Assembly: GCA_009691415.1 (NCBI GenBank)
Contig: SICP01000001.1
Span: 40,446-104,445, forward strand
Origin: Candidatus Margulisiibacteriota bacterium
Lineage (GTDB): Bacteria; Margulisbacteria; Marinamargulisbacteria; SXXA01; SICP01
Reading direction: 5' to 3'
DNA length: 64,000 nt
The first letter of the stretch is position 1; every line of letters begins with the position of its first letter. The position numbers and the translations under genes were made by a program. The notes under the pieces are model-generated. The model had not been told where the DNA came from, did no database searches, and was given only the letters and a program-made list of their open reading frames with translations. Positions 9,981 to 17,733 of this stretch are shown piece by piece.

Positions 9981-10896
9981 AGAGGTCTTCGAAAACGATA
10001 TCGGCCAGATAGGAGCTTCGTACTAACGGACCTGAAAAAACATAGCGAATGCCTGCCGCTTCTGCATCTGCTTTGAGTTCTTTAAATTCTTCAGGCGTAT
10101 AATAACGCTCCACGTCTAAATTATTTTTGTCGGGCTTGAGATATTGACCCAGTGTAAGAATGTCGACGCCGGCTTCTTTGATATCTGCAAATACGGCACG
10201 GAGTTCGTCTTTGGTTTCGCCTAAGCCTACCATGAGACCTGTTTTTGTGAGTTTTTGAGGATTGATGGCTTTAATGTTTTTAAGAACATCTAGCGATCGT
10301 TTATAAAGCGAGCCTTTTCTGACGCTGGTGTAGAGAGACGGAACTGTTTCTAAATTGTGATTGACGACATCGGGGCCCGAATTCACGACCGTTGTCAAAG
10401 GCTCTAGTTTGCCTTTGAAATCAGGTATGAGCACTTCGACTTTGATGTCGGGGTATTGTTGCTTGAGTGTCGAAACGATCGTGGCATAATGGCCAGAACC
10501 TTCGTCGGGTAAGTCATCGCGATTGGGTGAAGTGAGGACGACAAATTTGAGACCTAGTCGTTCTACGGAGCGGGAAATTTTTTGAACTTCATTGGGATCT
10601 GGTGGAAGTGGTTTTCCGAAAGCAACGCTGCAAAATCCGCAGTTTCTCGTGCACGTAGTACCTAAGATCATGAACGTAAGAACACCTTTTGCAAAGCATT
10701 CGGATCGGTTGGGACAACGGGCTTCTTGGCAGATACTGTTGGGGACTTCGGCTTCTAACCGTTTGGAGAGTGCGCGAGTAGCGTCTAGTTTGCTTCTGGA
10801 TTTTTTAAACCAGTCCGGTAGGCGTTGTGGTTGTGACAAGAGGATGCTCCTTTTATTTACAAGCTGCGGCCAGTGTAGCATAATTGGGTTTCTCAT
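9964..10896 (-). CDS. lipA: Lipoyl synthase
   Basis: Two Cys clusters, CQEARCPNRSEC and the radical-SAM CTRNCGFC. Confidence 0.9.
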   Translation of the reverse strand: MRNPIMLHWPQLVNKRSILLSQPQRLPDWFKKSRSKLDATRALSKRLEAEVPNSICQEARCPNRSECFAKGVLTFMILGTTCTRNCGFCSVAFGKPLPPDPNEVQKISRSVERLGLKFVVLTSPNRDDLPDEGSGHYATIVSTLKQQYPDIKVEVLIPDFKGKLEPLTTVVNSGPDVVNHNLETVPSLYTSVRKGSLYKRSLDVLKNIKAINPQKLTKTGLMVGLGETKDELRAVFADIKEAGVDILTLGQYLKPDKNNLDVERYYTPEEFKELKADAEAAGIRYVFSGPLVRSSYLADIVFEDLYALSI

Positions 10897-11143
10897 GAAA
10901 ACCTACGACTCTATTGTTTTATATCATTTTGAATCCTGCCCCTTTTGTCAAAAGGTTCGGCGTTTTATACAAGAAAACAATCTTGTAGTTGCCGAAAAAG
11001 ATATTCGGCTAGATTCGAAAGCACGGGATGAGTTAATTGGGATTGGCGGCAAATCTCAGGTGCCTTGTTTGGTAGCGGATGGCATTGCGATTTATGAATC
11101 TGATGACATTATTGATTGGTTGACTGATGTCTTTATCAGCTGA
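10895..11143 (+). CDS. Small dithiol glutaredoxin/NrdH-like redoxin (82 aa)
   Basis: MKTYDSIVLYHFESCPFCQKV... has a CPFC active site and the later VPCL motif. The longer track ORF (10592..) is an antisense-to-lipA artefact. Confidence 0.75.
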   Translation: MKTYDSIVLYHFESCPFCQKVRRFIQENNLVVAEKDIRLDSKARDELIGIGGKSQVPCLVADGIAIYESDDIIDWLTDVFIS

Positions 11144-11372
11144 AATTAAAGCGGCAATTTTACTGGTATTGCCTGATGCGGAAGTGCATGTGCACGACCC
11201 TGATGGCGAGCATTTTCAGGCGATTGTCATTAGCCCTAGCTTCGTGGGAATGCCACTTGTAAGGCAACACCAACTTGCGATGAATGCCCTAAAAGAACAA
11301 TTTAAAGAAAAAGTACACGCAGTAGCCCTAAAAACATTTACCCCTGAGAAATGGGCAGGTCATTCGGGGTAA
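11127..11372 (+). CDS. BolA-family protein
   Basis: 81 aa, with a ...HF.A.VIS..F.G...V.RH... pattern (EHFQAIVISPSFVGMPLVRQHQ). It overlaps the glutaredoxin gene by 17 nt. Confidence 0.75.
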   Translation: MSLSAEIKAAILLVLPDAEVHVHDPDGEHFQAIVISPSFVGMPLVRQHQLAMNALKEQFKEKVHAVALKTFTPEKWAGHSG

Positions 11373-11396
11373 GACAAGCGTATCTGGTCTTTTTTT

Positions 11397-11543
11397 AATA
11401 CTCATCCCCCAGCCCCTTCTCTCTCCGAAAGAAGGGGAGAATGTATACGCTATTATCAAGTTCCCAAGAGTAAAAAGAGTAGCTTAGAAATACAAAAGCC
11501 TCCCTCTTTGTTTACAGAGAGGGAGGTTTGGAGGGTGAGTATT
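11397..11543. repeat. MITE/REP-like element with imperfect terminal inverted repeats AATACTCATCCCCC / GGAGGGTGAGTATT and two internal GC-rich hairpins
   Basis: The TIRs are at 11397-11410 and 11530-11543. One hairpin is ccccttct...agaagggg. The other is cctccctct(11499-11507)/agagggagg(11518-11526). Related copies are at 22976-23070, 51675-51738, 27871-27915 and 14351-14526. Confidence 0.5.
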
Positions 11544-11590
11544 ACGTACAGCCCAGAAAATTTTCTTTAAAGGCCGGGCGGGGTGATCTC

Positions 11591-12139
11591 TTATCTAATA
11601 AACAACATCGCTTTTTTAATGTCTTCCAAATGCTCTGGTTTGAGCACTTCTAACAATTTATATCCAAACTCAAGTGCCGTTGCAGGTCCTTGGCTTGTGA
11701 TAATTTTTCCGTCTACTACAACAGCTTCATCAACCCACGTAGCATGATGCATTTCTGCTTTTGATTCGGGATAGCTCGTAGCTCTTTTACCTTTTAAAAG
11801 GCCTATGTGATCTAGAATACGGGGCGCTGCACAAATAGCCGCAATCCATTTTCCTTCTACATCAAAACGTTTGATTAAATTGGTAACGGTTTCGCTGTCT
11901 TGCAGATTGTCCGTACCTTTTGATCCGCCAGGCAAAATGATCATGTCATAATCAAATTCGGGCAATGTTTCTAATAAACAATCGGCTTTGATCATGATGT
12001 CATGAGCGCCATCAACTAATTTAAAATCCAGTGCGGCAAGCGTCACTTTGACGAGGCCTCTGCGTAAAATGTCGACGACCGCTAGGGCTTCAATTTCTTC
12101 AAATCCTTCAGCAAGTATCATAAGTGCTCTGACTGACAT
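11591..12139 (-). CDS. DJ-1/PfpI family protein
   Basis: MSVRALMILAEGFEEIE... with the nucleophile elbow AAICAAP. I chose the ATG at 12139, which leaves 4 nt after the gcvT stop. Confidence 0.8.
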   Translation of the reverse strand: MSVRALMILAEGFEEIEALAVVDILRRGLVKVTLAALDFKLVDGAHDIMIKADCLLETLPEFDYDMIILPGGSKGTDNLQDSETVTNLIKRFDVEGKWIAAICAAPRILDHIGLLKGKRATSYPESKAEMHHATWVDEAVVVDGKIITSQGPATALEFGYKLLEVLKPEHLEDIKKAMLFIR

Positions 12140-12143
12140 GTTC

Positions 12144-13214
12144 TTAACTCCTTTTGAGTGAAATAAATGGGATAGGGACAATAGTTGCAGCATGATATTT
12201 ACCGCGAATCTCTACTGAAATGACCGAGCCGAGTATAGCATGTTGTGGCGGGATTAAGGCCATTGCAATGGGCATATCCAGAACAGGAGATAATGTTCCC
12301 GATGTAATTTGGCCGCCCTCTTTAATCGCATAACCGGTTCTTGGAATGACGCGCTCCTTCATTTGTATACCCACGGTTGTGTAAGGTTGTTCGGTCAGTT
12401 TTAAGTTTTCTAAAGCTGTTTTTCCGATAAAGTCTTTCGTGAATTTTACCACCCAACTATAACGGGTCATGAGGGGCGTGATTTCTTCGGAAAGTTCTTG
12501 TCCGTAGAGCGGGAGTCCGGCTTCTAGACGTAGCGTGTCTCTTGCTCCCAGACCACAAGGCGTGATGCCGTTGTCCATTAACTCTGTCCAAAGATCTAAT
12601 AAAGAGGCGCTTGGAATAGAGATTTCGAAGCCATCTTCGCCGGTATATCCTGTGCGCATGAAGAGACAGTCTACGCCCATCCAGGTTTCTTTAAAGAGAG
12701 AGAATCGTGGATGATCACCTAGAGGTTTTTGTGTGATTTTGGATAATAGCTCTACTGCTTTTGGACCTTGCACAGCCAAAAGGCCATGGGTTTTGGTGAG
12801 GTCTTCGATGTAGGTGCCCGCATTTAATTTAGGAGTCATCCATGTAAGTATTTTTTCAGCGTTTGATGCATTTACGACCACGATGTAGGTTTTTTCTGAG
12901 AGCTCCCCTACCATTAAATCATCTAAAATGGTGCCTTTTTCTGTAAGCATCATATTGTAAATCATGTGGCCATTTTTGGATTTATTTACATCGTTACAGG
13001 TGAGGCGCTGGAGGGATTCGAAGGCAGATTCACCGGTGATTTTTAAAACACCCATGTGGGAAATATCAAAAACGCCGGCTGAATTTCGTACGGCCAGGTG
13101 TTCGTCTTTAATGTTGGTGTACCAAACGGGCATGTCGAAGCCCCCAAAGTTGGTCATTTTGGCTTTTAAGTGGACGTGGGTGTCATAGAGTGGAGTTTGT
13201 TTGGTTTCTTTCAT
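12144..13214 (-). CDS. gcvT: Glycine cleavage system T protein (aminomethyltransferase)
   Basis: TPLYDTH...KMTNFGGFDMPVWY...AGVFDISHMG motifs, 356 aa. Confidence 0.9.
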   Translation of the reverse strand: MKETKQTPLYDTHVHLKAKMTNFGGFDMPVWYTNIKDEHLAVRNSAGVFDISHMGVLKITGESAFESLQRLTCNDVNKSKNGHMIYNMMLTEKGTILDDLMVGELSEKTYIVVVNASNAEKILTWMTPKLNAGTYIEDLTKTHGLLAVQGPKAVELLSKITQKPLGDHPRFSLFKETWMGVDCLFMRTGYTGEDGFEISIPSASLLDLWTELMDNGITPCGLGARDTLRLEAGLPLYGQELSEEITPLMTRYSWVVKFTKDFIGKTALENLKLTEQPYTTVGIQMKERVIPRTGYAIKEGGQITSGTLSPVLDMPIAMALIPPQHAILGSVISVEIRGKYHAATIVPIPFISLKRS

Positions 13215-14302
13215 CGCTTAAGTACCTTTTTTAGTGCTGTGATAAAACGAAGATTCTGCTCGGGAAGTCCGATCGTGACCCGAATGGCATGGGGCATATT
13301 GAAACTTTCGAGAGGTCTGATAATAATGCCTTCTTGGAGTAAAATCTGCATGACTTCTTTGCCTAGTATCGGTAAAAAGATGCAGACGAAATTGGCTTCT
13401 GTTTTGAGATAAATCAGTTTAAGACGATCTAATTCATCATATAAAAATTGTTTACCTGATTCGTTAAGCGCTTTACTTTTGGAGACATGCGCATGATTGT
13501 CCAAAGCCAAAGCCCCCGCGACCAATGCCAGAGAATTGACATTAAATGGCGGACGAATTTTTTGCAAAACGTCTATCACAGTAGGATGCGCAATACCGTA
13601 ACCGATGCGTAATCCGGCAAGTCCATAGAGTTTTGAAAATGTACGCAAAACAACGAGATTAGCATAGGTTTTCATCAGTTCGATAGTGCGAGGAAAGTCG
13701 GTATGTGTAGCGTAGTCGGCATAGGCTTCGTCTAAAACAATTAAGATATTTTTTGGCATTTTTTCCAAGAAATCTACGAGGGGCTGGTGGGTGATAATAG
13801 TCCCTGTTGGATTATTGGGATTGGCGATAAAAATGAGTTTGGTGCTGTCAGTTAAAACGGTGAGCATGGCGTCTAGATCGATGGTGTACTCTCGCATTGG
13901 CAAAGTACGGATTTCGGCGTCCATGATTTGGGTGGTGGCTTCGTATACAGAAAACGTATGCATGCTAGTGATAATATTATCGCCAGGATTGAGATAGGCT
14001 TGTGTCAGGAGTTGGATAATTTCATCGCTGCCATTTCCAAGAATGATTTCTTGTGGCGTCACGTTCCAGTGTTGGCAGAGTTTTAAAACTAAGGGCGATG
14101 CGGCTTGATGGGGATATAGATTAATATCTTCAAAACTCTCTTTCAAGCGATCCCAAGTAACAGACGCACCTAATGGATTTTCGTTTGAGGCTAGTTTAAT
14201 AATGTCGGTACGCCGGGTTTGTTCGGCAACTTCTGCGATGGATTTTCCCGGTATGTAGGGCTGGATATTTTGTATAATTTTACGAGAAAAATCTTGTGCC
14301 AT
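13211..14302 (-). CDS. hisC: Histidinol-phosphate aminotransferase
   Basis: Class II aminotransferase with the PLP-Lys motif RTFSKLYGLAGLRIGY and an N-terminal KLASNENPLG. The ATG at 14302 is preferred over the upstream TTG. Confidence 0.85.
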   Translation of the reverse strand: MAQDFSRKIIQNIQPYIPGKSIAEVAEQTRRTDIIKLASNENPLGASVTWDRLKESFEDINLYPHQAASPLVLKLCQHWNVTPQEIILGNGSDEIIQLLTQAYLNPGDNIITSMHTFSVYEATTQIMDAEIRTLPMREYTIDLDAMLTVLTDSTKLIFIANPNNPTGTIITHQPLVDFLEKMPKNILIVLDEAYADYATHTDFPRTIELMKTYANLVVLRTFSKLYGLAGLRIGYGIAHPTVIDVLQKIRPPFNVNSLALVAGALALDNHAHVSKSKALNESGKQFLYDELDRLKLIYLKTEANFVCIFLPILGKEVMQILLQEGIIIRPLESFNMPHAIRVTIGLPEQNLRFITALKKVLKR

Positions 14303-14350
14303 AGTGGCATTTAGTATAATCAACGATTGGGTTATATGCCACTATCAAAT

Positions 14351-14526
14351 ATAGTCAAATTCTCAATCCACCTCACCCCGCACTCACGTGCGACCCTCTC
14401 CGCGCTAACGCACACAGAGGGTGAAGATTGCACCGTTTAGGCTCTCCTCTCCATTTGTCAAAATGGGGAGGGGTGCCCGAAGGGCGGGGTGGTGTCATGT
14501 ACTATTTCGGATATGCACTAGTCCAT
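14351..14526. mobile_element. About 176-bp GC-rich palindromic insertion flanked by a 21-bp direct repeat
   Basis: GGTTATATGCCACTATCAAAT occurs at 14330-14350 and again at 14527-14547. The insert carries the inverted ends cacctcaccccgc/gcggggtggtg and the hairpin cctctccat...atggggagg. Confidence 0.45.
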
Positions 14527-14528
14527 GG

Positions 14529-15374
14529 TTATATGCCACTATCAAATCCGTTCTCGATACCTTGTGAAATGTGTCGTCTGTTTTTTAAGGCTGGGAATCG
14601 CGCCCGCAAGTTTTCTAAGTGGTTAAAATCCAATGTTGCCATGACAATTTCTTCATCATGTTCGCTGGCTCTCGCCACTATTTTTCCCCAAGGATCAATA
14701 ATCATACTGTTTCCAAATGTGGGCACATCACACGCACCTATACCGGCTTGATTGGGAGCAAGTACGTAGCAATAATTTTCGATGGCACGTGCCCGTAACA
14801 ATACTTCCCAATGCTCACTGCCGGTGGGGGTTGTAAAAGAAGACGGTACACACAAAATCTTGGCGCCGAGTGCAGCATAGTGGCGATAGAGTTCGGGAAA
14901 ACGTACGTCGTAGCAAATACTTAAGCCTGTTGAAATACCATCCACATCTGCCATCACAGGCATGTCCCCAGCCAAAAAAATATCAGATTCCCGGATGGGT
15001 TTTCCGTTAACGATGGCATCGAATAAATGCATTTTTCGATAGGTAGCTTGTACGTGACCTTGGGGGTTGATGAGCACGGAGGTGTTGTACACTTTGTGCG
15101 TCGCTTGTCCGATTTCGCACAGGCTGCCACCCAAAATCCAGACGTCACACTCTTTCGCGAAGGCCATGAGAGGGAGGACTGCTGGACCGGGAATCACTTC
15201 GGCGTTTTCGAGAACTCTGCCTCTGTCCCCACGATAGTGAAAGACTTCGGGCAAGAGAATAAATCGCGCGCCGGCTTTAGCGGCCTCTTTGATGAGACGA
15301 TGGGCAACGGCTTGGTTTTGGACGATATCGGTTCCTGTTTTGAGTTGGATGAGGGCAACGGTGAGAGTTTTCAT
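14529..15374 (-). CDS. Carbon-nitrogen hydrolase (nitrilase superfamily amidohydrolase)
   Basis: The Glu-Lys-Cys triad context is present: LLPEVF, YRKMHLFD, GLSICYDVRFPE. Confidence 0.8.
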   Translation of the reverse strand: MKTLTVALIQLKTGTDIVQNQAVAHRLIKEAAKAGARFILLPEVFHYRGDRGRVLENAEVIPGPAVLPLMAFAKECDVWILGGSLCEIGQATHKVYNTSVLINPQGHVQATYRKMHLFDAIVNGKPIRESDIFLAGDMPVMADVDGISTGLSICYDVRFPELYRHYAALGAKILCVPSSFTTPTGSEHWEVLLRARAIENYCYVLAPNQAGIGACDVPTFGNSMIIDPWGKIVARASEHDEEIVMATLDFNHLENLRARFPALKNRRHISQGIENGFDSGI

Positions 15375-15447
15375 ATGATTTTTAGTTTATCACAGGAAAA
15401 ATATAAACTTCGAGCAAAGATTCTACTCAACAAAAAAAATCAAAAGA

Positions 15448-15725
15448 AACCTATACCCTGGCACTTTCTTTCGCTTATAACCCTGGAAGCTGTCAATTAT
15501 GCCCTCAATACCCTCTCTTTTTTCTGCCAACCCTACCACATCTGGGAAAAGGGCTCTGTCGAACAAATCATTGGTCTCATTCGTAGAACTTATCCCAAAA
15601 AAACTGACTTGGCGTTGCTTTCTCAATCACACCTCGATATTATCCAAGACAAGCTAAATCACCGTCCCAGAAAATGTCTTAACTTTTTGTCACCTCACGA
15701 GGCCTACGTTGCACTTGCTGCGTGA
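15448..15725 (+). pseudogene. C-terminal remnant of an IS30-family transposase
   Basis: ...NYALNTLSFFCQPYHIWEKGSVEQIIGLIRRTYPKKTDLALLSQSHLDIIQDKLNHRPRKCLNFLSPHEAY is the typical IS30 C-terminal NxRPRKxLxxxxPxE tail. There is no N-terminal or DDE part. It is a paralogue of 19558-19972. Confidence 0.7.
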
Positions 15726-15783
15726 ATGTGGGAAATAAAAACTGATAACTACCTAGAATAAAAAAATAAAGGAACCGACTTCT

Positions 15784-17202
15784 ATGACAATAGAAACTAC
15801 TCACATCCCATCACGCCACAAAATAATCGCCATAAATATTAGTGCACACCAGGTAATTCTTAATAGAAAAACCACCCTCAAAAACATTCTTCCCTTACTA
15901 AAGCTCAAAAAAATACAGGCTAACCCTATAGAAGCACTACAGACTATGAAGAAACTAGATGAGATCCTCAATAAGAAAGGGACGAAAGAAATCTCTAGAA
16001 GAAGCAAAATCAATAAAATAGCAAAGGCTATATCTCGCATATTAGATGCTACACCAACTCCAGACTCATCGGGGCATGATATCGATGCAGTTAATGACCT
16101 AAAGTCCAAAACTTTACAGATATTAGATAAGACAGGAAATAAGTATTACACGTTATTAAACAAAAAAAAAATAGAACACACCTTATTACTGAAAAAATTA
16201 AATGCCTGGTGCAACGAAGCTGGCATTTCAGAAGTACAACATACAGCCCGAAGTACAGCAAAAAGACGAATAGAAAGTGCGTACTGTAAAGATAGCACAG
16301 ACCTTAATCTTGCTACATTAGACCTCACTTCACTCCCAACAGGAGTATTCAAATTTCTCCCGAAATTGACCGGACTTAATTTGATGGGTAACAAACTCGA
16401 AACCTTACCCAAAGGAGCATTTACGGGTTTATCCGCTCTAATCTCTCTTGATTTGAGTTTTAACAAACTCGAAACCTTACCCAAAGGAGCATTTACGGGT
16501 TTATCCGCTCTAAACACTCTTAATTTGATGGGCAACCTAATCACTACCTTACCCAAAGGAGCATTTACGGGTTTATCCGCGCTAAGCACTCTTAATTTGA
16601 GGGGCAACCTAATCACTACCTTACCCAAAGGAGCATTTACGGGTTTATCCGCGCTAAGCACTCTTAATTTGAGTGCTAACAAACTTGAAACCTTACCCGA
16701 AGGGGCATTTACGGGTTTATCCGCGCTAAGCACTCTTGATTTGAGTGATACCCAACTCACTACCTTACCCGCAGGGGCATTTATGGATTTATCCGCTCTA
16801 GTCACTCTTGATTTGAGTGTTAACAAACTCACTACCTTACGCGCAGAGGCATTTATGGGTTTATCCACTCTAGTCACTCTTGATTTGAGTATTAACAGAC
16901 TCACTTCCTTGACCCCAGAAGTATTCAAATTTCTCCCGAAATTGACCTGCCTTAATTTGCAAGGTAACCACCTCGAAACCTTACCCGAAAAAGCATTTGC
17001 GTGTTTACCCGCTCTAATCACTCTTGATTTGAGTTTTAACCTCTTTAAACCCTTACCCGAAGGAGCATTTGCGTGCTTACCCGATCTAATCACTCTTTAT
17101 TTGCATGGCAACCCATCCGCTACCTTTCCGCAGGAAGTATTTACGGGTTCATCCACTCTACGCACTCTAGGAGCTATGGCGCCACTTCAAACATCTTGTT
17201 AA
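15784..17202 (+). CDS. IpaH/SspH-like leucine-rich-repeat protein without a C-terminal catalytic domain
   Basis: The first roughly 190 aa are about 90% identical by eye to those of ORF 17734..19587. About 11 LRRs of 24 aa follow (LPKGAFTGLSALxTLNLxxNxLTT). The ORF ends just before a transposase remnant. Confidence 0.8.
   Translation: MTIETTHIPSRHKIIAINISAHQVILNRKTTLKNILPLLKLKKIQANPIEALQTMKKLDEILNKKGTKEISRRSKINKIAKAISRILDATPTPDSSGHDIDAVNDLKSKTLQILDKTGNKYYTLLNKKKIEHTLLLKKLNAWCNEAGISEVQHTARSTAKRRIESAYCKDSTDLNLATLDLTSLPTGVFKFLPKLTGLNLMGNKLETLPKGAFTGLSALISLDLSFNKLETLPKGAFTGLSALNTLNLMGNLITTLPKGAFTGLSALSTLNLRGNLITTLPKGAFTGLSALSTLNLSANKLETLPEGAFTGLSALSTLDLSDTQLTTLPAGAFMDLSALVTLDLSVNKLTTLRAEAFMGLSTLVTLDLSINRLTSLTPEVFKFLPKLTCLNLQGNHLETLPEKAFACLPALITLDLSFNLFKPLPEGAFACLPDLITLYLHGNPSATFPQEVFTGSSTLRTLGAMAPLQTSC
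16333..17150 (+). repeat. Tandem 72-bp coding repeats (24-aa LRR units), several of them near-identical
   Basis: The unit starting at 16393 (aaactcgaaaccttacccaaaggagcatttacgggtttatccgctcta...) recurs at 16465, with close variants every 72 nt after that. Confidence 0.85.
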
Positions 17203-17226
17203 TTTGTATTAAGTCATTTCAATATA

Positions 17227-17607
17227 TTGGGTGGAGATGGGCCTGTTTTCAAGGATCGTTTTAAATCTATTTTAATACAAGACATGGCCTATCTGTTGCA
17301 GGTAAGTCGTTATATTCATCGCAATCCCATCGAAGCTGGAATTGTTGCCGACGCTACGTCTTATCAATGGTCCAGCCTTAAAGATTTCTTAGAGGCAGAC
17401 TCTCCAAATTCTAATTTCTTAAAAAAAGACTTTCTGCTCTCTCACTTCAAATCAGAAGCTGAAGTCTCTAGTACATCACAAAGGATGGCTACAAAATTGG
17501 AACCGAAAAATTTATTTTCTCAAAGTCTATTTAACACTCCACATCAATTTGAGTCTCAATTACGGATGATCTCAACATGCCATTGGGACTATTCTCTTAA
17601 AAATTAA
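17227..17607 (+). pseudogene. C-terminal remnant of a HUH/Y1 (IS200-like/COG1943-type) transposase
   Basis: GPVFKDRFKSILIQDMAYLLQVSRYIHRNPIEAGIVADATSYQWSS matches the conserved ...RFKS....YLL...RYIH.NP..AG.V.....Y.WSS block that holds the catalytic Tyr. The HUH-containing N-terminus is missing. Confidence 0.6.
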
Positions 17608-17733
17608 GAGATACCCGCAGGGGGGAGGGTTACCAGAACAACGGCATTTTAAGATAGTTCGATTAATAAATGAAACTTTTTAGAAAAAAAAACCGATAAC
17701 TATTTAGAGTAAAAAATACAGGAGCCTACTACT

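Noticed and set aside
10592-10894. The N-terminal 100 residues of track ORF 10592..11143.
   Set aside because: This part is antisense to lipA and has no motif. Only the last 82 codons, starting at ATG 10895, form the glutaredoxin.
15027-15447. The first two-thirds of track ORF 15027..15725 (232 aa).
   Set aside because: It is antisense to the nitrilase gene and to intergenic sequence. Only the C-terminal roughly 90 residues show homology (IS30 transposase tail), so the ORF is a chimeric artefact.
16333-17150. Regularly spaced 72-bp repeats that could be mistaken for a CRISPR-like or satellite array.
   Set aside because: The repeats are contiguous with no unique spacers, are in frame, and encode canonical 24-aa leucine-rich repeats within a long ORF.
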